NCBI GenBank assembly: GCA_041177245.1
Contig: JBEDBL010000003.1
Coordinates: forward strand, 1-35,236
Direction of reading: 5' to 3'
DNA from: Verrucomicrobiota bacterium
Lineage (GTDB): Bacteria > Verrucomicrobiota > Verrucomicrobiia > Chthoniobacterales > JACTMZ01
DNA length: 35,236 nucleotides
The notes under the pieces are model-generated. The model ran no database searches, was not told where the DNA came from, and was given only the letters and a program-made list of their open reading frames with translations. The position numbers and the translations under genes were made by a program. Of the stretch, positions 17,210 through 24,669 are shown one piece after another; position 1 is the first letter of the stretch; each line of letters opens with the position of its first letter.

Positions 17210-20035
17210 GTGCGTTTCTGCGCGGTCATTTTTTGTCTCTCCATCGCGGTCCTGACCCCGGGCCTGCGTGCCGCCGGAGAACCCGCGGCCCCGGCAGCCG
17301 AGGCCGGCACGGCGCGCGACATCATTTTCCGCGCCGACACGGCCTACAACAACAAGCGCTACGAGGAAGCAACGGCCGGATACCGCAGGTTTCTCCAAGA
17401 CTTCGGAGCATCCTCGGAGGCTTTGCCATTTCTTCCGCATGTCCGCTACAACCTCGCGGCTTCACTGATGCAGTCGCAGAAATACGAGGATGCGCTCGAG
17501 GCGATCGAAGATGCCGGAAAAATCAAGGACATCGGTGCAAAGGAGAAGGAAGACCTCGCATTCTGGAGGGCCATTGCGCTCATGCAGACCGAAAGCTACG
17601 AGGAGGCGACGAAAGCATTGTCCGAATTCCGGGACGCTTTCCCTAAATCGGGACGCCGTCGGGACTCGGAGCTGCTTACAGGGAGTTCTCTGCTTGCCGG
17701 AGGAAAGCTCGAGGAAGCGGCAAAGGTTTTCAACGACATCCGCAAACTCCACGGGCATCCGCACGCCGGCCGCGCCACCGTGCTCGAGTTGCATTGCCTC
17801 ATCGAAACCGGAAAGGACAATGAGGCTTTGGCCTTGCTCGCCGAAGTCGGGCCGGAAATGGATTCGAAAATCAGCCAGCTTGCCACATTCCAGACCTTGG
17901 CTTTGTCGCTCGGCGGAAAATTGCTCGACGAGGACCGGCCTCGCGATGCCATCAGGGCACTGCAGAACATCTGGCCGCGCGAGCGTCTCTTGGCGCATCA
18001 AAAGCACAAGCTAGAAGAGGTTAAAACGAATCTCGCAAACATCGAGCGTCTCCCGAAACCGGACGTTTTCGCGCGCGCGCAGCAGAAGCAGTTGTTGCGC
18101 GAGGTGGAGAAAGAGCTGGCCAATCTGGAAAAAATCCCTTCCTTCGACGCATCGGTCCGTTTCCGTCTGGCCACCGCTTTCCACCGTCAGGACCGCTATC
18201 GCGAATGCGCCATGTTGCTCGACGATATGCTCCGCCAGATGGAACCAAACGATGTCGTCGAAAAAGCATCGCTAAGCGCGCTGCAAAGCTGGATGGCTAT
18301 CGAGCGCTATGACAAGGCCATCGAGGCCTCGACGGTTTTTGAAGAGCATTTCCCGTCATCGAAAAGCCTGCCACTGGTGCTTTACCTGCGCGGAACTGCC
18401 CAGCAGAAATCCGACAAATACGAAGATGCCATTGCGACATTCTCGGCCCTGCGCGAGAAATTTGGCGATTCCGAGCAGGCCCCGCGCGCCTTTTTCATGA
18501 CGGGCTTCACGCAGTTGTTGGCCGAACGCAACGAAGACGCCGCGGAGACATTCCGGCAATTCCAGGAAAAATATCCCCAGCACGATCTCTCCGAAGCCGC
18601 CAACTACTGGCGGGGGTCGGCTTTTGCTTTTGCCAAAAAATTTCCCGAGGCCCGAGAGGTTTTGGGTGCGCACGCTGCAAAGTTTTCCGAGGGGACTCTG
18701 GGTGCCTCCGCCATGTTCCGCCGGGCCTACTGCGCCCAGTCGATGAAGGATTACGCGCAGGCCGAGACCGAGCTCAGGGAGTTTCTGGGAAAATTTCCCG
18801 AGGCGGAAGAGAGCGCCGAGGCCCGCCTCATGCTCGGCGATGCGCTACTCGCTCAGGGCAAATCCGACGAGGGCAAACAGATCTACGCCTCGGTCCCCGC
18901 GGGCGCGGGACACCGGCACGAAGAGGCGCAGTTCAAGATCGCAAAAGTGCTCAAGCTTGAAGAGGACTTCGACGGCCTGAGGGCGCTCATGCGGAAATAC
19001 CTCGATCTCTATCCACAGAGCCCCATGGCGGCCGAGGCGCTCTATCACATGGGACAGTCTTGGCGCCAGCAGGAGCAGCCCGATAAAGCGGCGGCGGAAT
19101 ATTGGAAGGCCATCGGGCAATTCGGCAACGACCCGGATGCTGACTCCGTCGAGCAACTCTTCCTTGCCCTCGGGAAATATTACAAAAGCGAGTCGGAGCG
19201 GAACGATTATCTCGCCCGACTCCGCAGCTTGCGCGACGGGGCAACCGGCAAGGGCGAAAAGGTGCTTGTCGTGCGGGCTATTTGGGCCTTGGCGCAAGCT
19301 GTCAAAAAATCGGACCCGCCATTGAGTTCCGCCCTCCTCCGAGAGGCTTCCGCTTTGCTCAAGCCGGAGGAGACGAGCCCTTTGATTATCGCCGACTGCG
19401 CCGAGGCGTTGCTGTCATCGTCCGCAGACAACACCAACCCCGGAGATTCCGCGGAGCGCCGGGCCAAAGCCGCGCAACTTTACCGTGACTTGCTCAAGTG
19501 GCACCCTCGTGCCGCGCAGAAAGACAAAGCTCTTGCTGCGTTGGCCAAAGTTTCGCTCGGGGCGGGCGAGAAGGAAGTTGCGCTGGACTACTACAGACGT
19601 CTTGAGCAGGACACGCCATGGTCGCCGCTTGTCGGAGACGCTCTCATGACCCGCGCGGGCATCGAATTGGAGGCCGGACACAGCGAGCAAGCTGCGGATG
19701 CCTACAACCGTCTGCTCGCCGCAAACAGCGTGCAGGGCAAGCTCAAGGCGCAGGCTCTCCTGGCTCTCGGTGACATCGCGATGAGCAGGAACGAACCGAA
19801 ACTGGCCGTTCCATACTACCAGCGGATCTATATCCTTTACGGCAAGTGGCGGGAGACAGTCGCGCAGGCTTACCTGCGCAGCGGCGAGGCTTTCGAGCAA
19901 CTCAATGACACCGAGGCTGCGCGCAAAACGTACGAGGAACTGGCCAACAGCGAGGATTTGGGCTCCTTGCCGCAGGCGCAGACCGCGCGCGAGAAACTCA
20001 AAAAATTCACCCCCAAGGAACAGGCGCCGTCGTGA
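17210..20035 (+). CDS. Large secreted tetratricopeptide-repeat protein (BamD/CpoB-like TPR arrays)
   Basis: GTG at 17210 gives the signal peptide MRFCAVIFCLSIAVLTPGLRA, followed by many TPR units ending F/YP.S (e.g. EEHFPSS, EKYPQH, DLYPQSP). The ORF-track start at 16964 overlaps luxE and is unlikely. Confidence 0.85.
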   Translation: MRFCAVIFCLSIAVLTPGLRAAGEPAAPAAEAGTARDIIFRADTAYNNKRYEEATAGYRRFLQDFGASSEALPFLPHVRYNLAASLMQSQKYEDALEAIEDAGKIKDIGAKEKEDLAFWRAIALMQTESYEEATKALSEFRDAFPKSGRRRDSELLTGSSLLAGGKLEEAAKVFNDIRKLHGHPHAGRATVLELHCLIETGKDNEALALLAEVGPEMDSKISQLATFQTLALSLGGKLLDEDRPRDAIRALQNIWPRERLLAHQKHKLEEVKTNLANIERLPKPDVFARAQQKQLLREVEKELANLEKIPSFDASVRFRLATAFHRQDRYRECAMLLDDMLRQMEPNDVVEKASLSALQSWMAIERYDKAIEASTVFEEHFPSSKSLPLVLYLRGTAQQKSDKYEDAIATFSALREKFGDSEQAPRAFFMTGFTQLLAERNEDAAETFRQFQEKYPQHDLSEAANYWRGSAFAFAKKFPEAREVLGAHAAKFSEGTLGASAMFRRAYCAQSMKDYAQAETELREFLGKFPEAEESAEARLMLGDALLAQGKSDEGKQIYASVPAGAGHRHEEAQFKIAKVLKLEEDFDGLRALMRKYLDLYPQSPMAAEALYHMGQSWRQQEQPDKAAAEYWKAIGQFGNDPDADSVEQLFLALGKYYKSESERNDYLARLRSLRDGATGKGEKVLVVRAIWALAQAVKKSDPPLSSALLREASALLKPEETSPLIIADCAEALLSSSADNTNPGDSAERRAKAAQLYRDLLKWHPRAAQKDKALAALAKVSLGAGEKEVALDYYRRLEQDTPWSPLVGDALMTRAGIELEAGHSEQAADAYNRLLAANSVQGKLKAQALLALGDIAMSRNEPKLAVPYYQRIYILYGKWRETVAQAYLRSGEAFEQLNDTEAARKTYEELANSEDLGSLPQAQTAREKLKKFTPKEQAPS

Positions 20036-20940
20036 AAAAGACTTTCCCGCTGTTTTTCCTCGCCGCGACTGTTTGCGCGCAGGACGTCATCCATTACACG
20101 GACGGCACCATGCGGACCAACAAGATTGCCGCGGCGGAAGGAGCGATGCTCCGCATCGTCATTCCTTCGCCCGTGCCCGGCCAACCCGGAGGCTCGACGC
20201 TGATCCCGCGAGCGGGCATATCGAAAATTATTTTCGGACCCGATGCGGTGCTCGATGCCGTTGCCGCGCAACCGCTGCCCGGTTCGGTCGCGTCCTCCCG
20301 CTCCCGCTGGCAGAGTCTCCAGCCCTTGCTGGGCACGCCCGAATCTCGCGCCGCTGAAGCGGGATGTCTGCTCGGGGAGATACTTCTGCAAGCGGAGGAT
20401 CCCGCCAAGCATGAGGAGGCCATGGCAATTTTCACGGAAGTCGAAAAAGGTGCTTGGAAGCTCGAGGATCGCCAGCGCGCCGCGCGAGGCCGGCTCGGCG
20501 TCATGATCAAGCAAGGAAAACTCGACGAGGCGTCCCAACAAGCGGAGGAAATGGAACGAACGGCTGCCGATCCTGAACTTGTCATCGACACAAGATTGTT
20601 GCTCGCTCGTGCGAGATCGGAGGAACTCAAAAAACTCCTCAAAGATAATCCTCGGTGGAGCGAAGATCCGCCGGTGATCATGGGACGAGCACGGCTTCTG
20701 AACGAGGGTTTGGATTATGCCCTTTATCCCTTCCTTTTTTACGGGACAAAGCACCGGCAGGCCGCGCAGGGACTCTGGACGGCGCATGAGCTGTACGCTG
20801 CCTGCGACGAGGACGAACGCGCCCGTGAAACTTTGCAAGATATCGTGGAAATCTATCCCGATACCTCTTTTGCGGCGGATGCGAAAGCCGCCTTGGCCGA
20901 GACGCCCGGCAAGCAAAGCAAGGTCCAAGCCGATGAATAA
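20032..20940 (+). CDS. Secreted protein with small N-terminal beta domain and C-terminal TPR-like helices
   Basis: GTGA overlap with the upstream gene, signal peptide ending VCA, QDVIHYTDG start, helical repeats, and C-terminal ARETLQDIVEIYPDTSFA. Confidence 0.75.
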   Translation: MKKTFPLFFLAATVCAQDVIHYTDGTMRTNKIAAAEGAMLRIVIPSPVPGQPGGSTLIPRAGISKIIFGPDAVLDAVAAQPLPGSVASSRSRWQSLQPLLGTPESRAAEAGCLLGEILLQAEDPAKHEEAMAIFTEVEKGAWKLEDRQRAARGRLGVMIKQGKLDEASQQAEEMERTAADPELVIDTRLLLARARSEELKKLLKDNPRWSEDPPVIMGRARLLNEGLDYALYPFLFYGTKHRQAAQGLWTAHELYAACDEDERARETLQDIVEIYPDTSFAADAKAALAETPGKQSKVQADE

Positions 20941-20986
20941 GGACCCCATGCACCTTGTTGCCGGTGCTTCCAGCTTTGCCGTGCCA

Positions 20987-21002
20987 CGCGCGATATCGCG
21001 CG
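20987..21002. repeat. Perfect 16-bp palindrome in the intergenic region before exbB
   Basis: cgcgcgatatcgcgcg is its own reverse complement. Confidence 0.6.
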
Positions 21003-21075
21003 AATTTCTTCCCGCGGCCCGACTTGGCAGGCTTGCGGTTGTCTGTTAGCGAAAAACATATCCACTGCAGCACCT

Positions 21076-21915
21076 ATGAACATCCTCACCACCAAACCCC
21101 GTCCTTCGGACAAAATCCCGAGCTTTGGAAAAGGCATCCTTCCACTCCTGCTCGCCGCGTTTGCTTTCGCGTTCGTTTTCAGCCCCTGCAACGCGAGCGC
21201 CATGGGCGTGGCATCAGACAAGAGCCTCCTGGATCTCTACAAAGAGGGAGGGCCCATCATGCACCTGATCGCGCTTTGCTCCGTGGCGGTCAGTTCGCTC
21301 GGTTGCTACTGCTTCCTTATGTTCCGCAAAGCAAAAATGATGCCCCCCGATCTCGTTGCCGAGTTGGACGGTTTGATGACGCAGCGCGATTTGCAGACGG
21401 CTTACCAGGTCTGCAAGGCCAAGCCATGCGTTCTCACCACCATCCTTTCGGGTGCGTTGACCAAGGCCAATTTCGAGCGGGACATGTTCAACAAGACCTC
21501 GATGGAGAACTCGGTCGCCGACGACTGTTTCCGCGAGGAGAGCAAAATGATGGTGGTGGTGAACTACCTCAACACCTTTGCCGTGCTGGCGCCTATGATC
21601 GGATTGCTCGGCACGGTGAGCGGCATGATCACGAGCTTCAGCGCGCTGACGGCAGGCAAAGCGGAGGCCACCGACCTGGCCAAGGGCATCGGAGAGGCAC
21701 TCATCGCGACAGGCGGCGGTCTGCTTCTGGCGATCCCAGCGATGTTTCTCTATTTCTTCTTCCGTGGTTTGTTGACTTCGAACATGGCGGACATCCACAA
21801 GGCTCTATCGCACATGCTCGACCTCTTCACGGGCGAGGCGCACGGGAATCCGCCTTCCGCCGCGCAACCCGAGGTTTACGCGGCCGAAGATTACCAGGAG
21901 CCTGCTACCGAGTAA
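21076..21915 (+). CDS. exbB: MotA/TolQ/ExbB proton-channel protein
   Basis: EGGPIM first TM entry, LAPMIGLLGTVSGMI, LAKGIGEALIATGGGL, AIPA; N-terminal signal-like extension. Confidence 0.9.
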   Translation: MNILTTKPRPSDKIPSFGKGILPLLLAAFAFAFVFSPCNASAMGVASDKSLLDLYKEGGPIMHLIALCSVAVSSLGCYCFLMFRKAKMMPPDLVAELDGLMTQRDLQTAYQVCKAKPCVLTTILSGALTKANFERDMFNKTSMENSVADDCFREESKMMVVVNYLNTFAVLAPMIGLLGTVSGMITSFSALTAGKAEATDLAKGIGEALIATGGGLLLAIPAMFLYFFFRGLLTSNMADIHKALSHMLDLFTGEAHGNPPSAAQPEVYAAEDYQEPATE

Positions 21916-21921
21916 GACAAG

Positions 21922-22344
21922 ATGTCCGAAGGACGCCGCCGCATTCGCCGGGTAGCACACGAGGAGGTGGGTTTGCAGATTGCACCCATGATCGACGTTA
22001 CCCTGTTGCTCCTCTTTTTCTTCATGTTGGCGGGCAAAATTACCAAAGCGGAGAAGATGATGGACATCAAAGTCCCCGTGGCGGCCACCGGGAAAATACC
22101 GGAAGATGAAGGAAACCGCGACATCGTCAACATCGACAGCCAAGGGCAGTTGTTCAGCGGCAGCAAGCCAATGACAACCAAAGAACTCTCCGTGCACCTC
22201 AAGCAGAGATTCAAAGATTATCCGCCGCTCAAACTCTACGTGCGCGCGGACGCCGGGACTCCCGGCAAAAGAATCAAAGAAATCATGGCCATGGCCAGCG
22301 AGGCCGGTGCGATCGAAGTCATCTTCGGGGTGATACAAAAATGA
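21922..22344 (+). CDS. exbD: ExbD/TolR family protein 1
   Basis: IAPMIDVTLLLLFFFM with the conserved TM Asp; periplasmic VRAD motif. Confidence 0.9.
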   Translation: MSEGRRRIRRVAHEEVGLQIAPMIDVTLLLLFFFMLAGKITKAEKMMDIKVPVAATGKIPEDEGNRDIVNIDSQGQLFSGSKPMTTKELSVHLKQRFKDYPPLKLYVRADAGTPGKRIKEIMAMASEAGAIEVIFGVIQK

Positions 22345-22781
22345 GGCGTATCGAGCATCCCCAGATCGAGTTGCAGATTGCCCCGATGATCGACGTCTGC
22401 TTCCTGCTGCTCTTTTTCTACATTCTCACTTCAAAGCCGGTGAAACCGGAGGCGGATGTCTCCATGACCTTGCCCGGAACCGTGGCGCAAGAGCAGTCGC
22501 TCGACATTCCCGATGAGCAAAGGGTCGCCATCCAAGACAACGGGCAGATTGTCCTCAATGACCTTCCGCTCGACAAAGCCGACAGCAAAGATCTTCCGGC
22601 TCTGCTCGCCACCCTGAAGCGGTTCAAAGAGTCGACCGACGCCAACAAAAGCCAGGCTCTGGTCACCGTCGATGTCGCCGACCGTGCGGTGCACCAGCGT
22701 GTGATTGACGTCCTCAATGCCTGCGCCCAGGCCGGCATACAGGGAGTCACTTTTGCCGGTCCATCGGGAGAAGAAGAATGA
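22341..22781 (+). CDS. exbD: ExbD/TolR family protein 2
   Basis: IAPMIDVCFLLLFFYI with the conserved TM Asp; VIDVLNAC..AGI; ATGA overlap with the previous gene. Confidence 0.9.
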   Translation: MRRIEHPQIELQIAPMIDVCFLLLFFYILTSKPVKPEADVSMTLPGTVAQEQSLDIPDEQRVAIQDNGQIVLNDLPLDKADSKDLPALLATLKRFKESTDANKSQALVTVDVADRAVHQRVIDVLNACAQAGIQGVTFAGPSGEEE

Positions 22782-23884
22782 CAACTTCGCTCGAGGAAAC
22801 ACCGCCCGCGCAGAAAAGCCGCCTGAGGAGGATCATCATCATGGTGATACTCGCGAGCATCGCCATCCATATCGTGGCAGGCATCGTGGCCGGGGTGGTC
22901 ATTGTTGCGCGCTACTTCGCGGAGCCGCCCGCGGAGTTCAAGGCGGTCAAAGATATCAGGATACCCGCGCAGGATCGGGAGCACCGCATGAACATGGCGG
23001 CATACGAGGGGGGAGCTGCCAAACCCGCTTTCACCGATAAAATGGCGTCCACAAGGCCGACGGATTTTGCGCTCCCTGACATTCCGCAAATGCCGATGGA
23101 TGCGGTGACAGAGTTTGACCCGAACGGGGTCGTGGCCGATCAAATCGCCGGTATCGGGAGCGGGTCGGGAATGGGATCGGGGTTCGGATCTGGCACTGGA
23201 GGCGGCGGTAAGGGAGGTTCCGCGGTCAACTTCTTCGGCATTTCCGACACGGCCACGCGAGTTGTTATCGTGGTTGACGTATCGGACACGATGTTCGACC
23301 GGCAACCGGGAAAATTTGATGCGGTCAGGCAGGAGGCGATGAAACTGGTGAAAGGACTGGGGATCAACACCCTGTTCGATTTGATCATCTACGAGGGCGG
23401 ATCAGTCGCCATGTTTCCCGAAGTGCAGCCGGCCACGGAGGCAAATAAGCAGAAAGCAGTGGAATGGATCCAAAAAGTGGACGGAGGTGGCGACAAGCGC
23501 GGCGCTTCCTACCGCGGCACCTACAGCAAAATGGGCACCGGTCTCTACGAGGGCGGCGGCACGCGCACCGACACGGCTCTCAAGCAGGCGCTTTTGCTGC
23601 GCCCGAGCACGATATTTCTGATCACCGACGGCGAGATGAGCCGCTTGGGTGGAGCGGCAGGAGCTCAAGATGAAAAAGACGGCGAAAGGCAAGGTTCCGG
23701 AATCAGCGAAGAGGAACTCCTGGATATTGTCGAAGAGGGACAAAAGAAGCTCGAGGAACCGGCTCGTATCCACGTGGTTCACTTTCTCACCAAGGCGGCG
23801 CGTTCGGAGGAGGAGAAAGTTTTGAGGACGATCGCGCGCCGTAATGACGGACGCTTCAAGCAGGTCAAGGCTGAGGATTACTGA
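22778..23884 (+). CDS. Single-pass membrane protein with TonB/TolA-like anchor, Pro/Gly linker and C-terminal vWA domain
   Basis: TM helix with S27-I-A-I-H31, Pro-containing then Gly/Ser-rich linker, vWA motifs VVIVVDVSDTM, GGTRTDTAL and IFLITDG; ATGA overlap. Confidence 0.8.
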   Translation: MTTSLEETPPAQKSRLRRIIIMVILASIAIHIVAGIVAGVVIVARYFAEPPAEFKAVKDIRIPAQDREHRMNMAAYEGGAAKPAFTDKMASTRPTDFALPDIPQMPMDAVTEFDPNGVVADQIAGIGSGSGMGSGFGSGTGGGGKGGSAVNFFGISDTATRVVIVVDVSDTMFDRQPGKFDAVRQEAMKLVKGLGINTLFDLIIYEGGSVAMFPEVQPATEANKQKAVEWIQKVDGGGDKRGASYRGTYSKMGTGLYEGGGTRTDTALKQALLLRPSTIFLITDGEMSRLGGAAGAQDEKDGERQGSGISEEELLDIVEEGQKKLEEPARIHVVHFLTKAARSEEEKVLRTIARRNDGRFKQVKAEDY

Positions 23885-23943
23885 CGCCGTCCCTCGGAAC
23901 TTACTGCTCGCCGATCGGGCTTCCGGGGCCTAGAAATTCGCCA

Positions 23944-24666
23944 ATGGTGGAAATCTTGGAGAAACTTCTCCTCCTGCAGGAGCGCGACCAGAAATTGCAG
24001 GCGTTTCTCCACGAGATCAACGGGGTGCCTGGCGAAAAAGCCTCCCTGCAGAAAGAGCTGGATGCCGCGCAGCGCACTCTGGAGAACGACAAGGCCCGCG
24101 CCACGCAGATCGAAGTGGAGCGCAAGCGGCTTGAAGTCGAGGCCGACGGCAAGCGCGCGCAGATCGCGAAATACCAGACCCAGCAGCTGGAAACGCGCAA
24201 GAACGAGGAATATTCCGCTTTGAAACACGAGATCGAGCGGGCCGAAAAAGACATCACAGCCATCGAGGACCGCGAACTCGAACTCATGCAGGAGCTCGAA
24301 GATCTCAAGCCGCTCATCGCGGCGGCCGACCAGAAATACAGCTCCGAGAAAAGCCGCGTGGCCGTGCTGATGAAAACCGCCGACGAAAAAGTCGGCGTGT
24401 TGCAGGGCCGGGCCGACGAGCTGAAAGTGGAACGCGACGCCGTCGCCGCGGAAGTCCGGGCGGGGGACGAGGATCTGTTCGAACTCTACGAAAAGCTTTT
24501 CCGCTCAAAAGCCGGTCGCGCCATTGTCCCTCTCGAGGGCAACCATTGCTCGGGTTGCCACATGACGGTGACACCCGCGACCCTGCGTGATGCCAAAGTC
24601 GGCTCCAGCGTCGTCTCCTGCGAGCAGTGCGGACGGATCGTCTACGTGCTGCCGGAGTATGCTTAG
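23944..24666 (+). CDS. Coiled-coil protein with C4-type zinc ribbon (DUF164 / CT398 / HP0958-like)
   Basis: Long coiled coil with NEEYSALKHEI, ending in CSGCH...CEQCGRIVY. Confidence 0.85.
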   Translation: MVEILEKLLLLQERDQKLQAFLHEINGVPGEKASLQKELDAAQRTLENDKARATQIEVERKRLEVEADGKRAQIAKYQTQQLETRKNEEYSALKHEIERAEKDITAIEDRELELMQELEDLKPLIAAADQKYSSEKSRVAVLMKTADEKVGVLQGRADELKVERDAVAAEVRAGDEDLFELYEKLFRSKAGRAIVPLEGNHCSGCHMTVTPATLRDAKVGSSVVSCEQCGRIVYVLPEYA

Positions 24667-24669
24667 AAA

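Noticed and set aside
20970-21045. Sigma54 promoter-like TGGCAC/TGGCAG motifs before exbB
   Set aside because: The required GG-N10-GC spacing is not met on either strand.
23150-23225. Repetitive ggatcgg/gggtcgg tract as a DNA repeat or array
   Set aside because: It simply encodes the Gly/Ser linker of the vWA protein.
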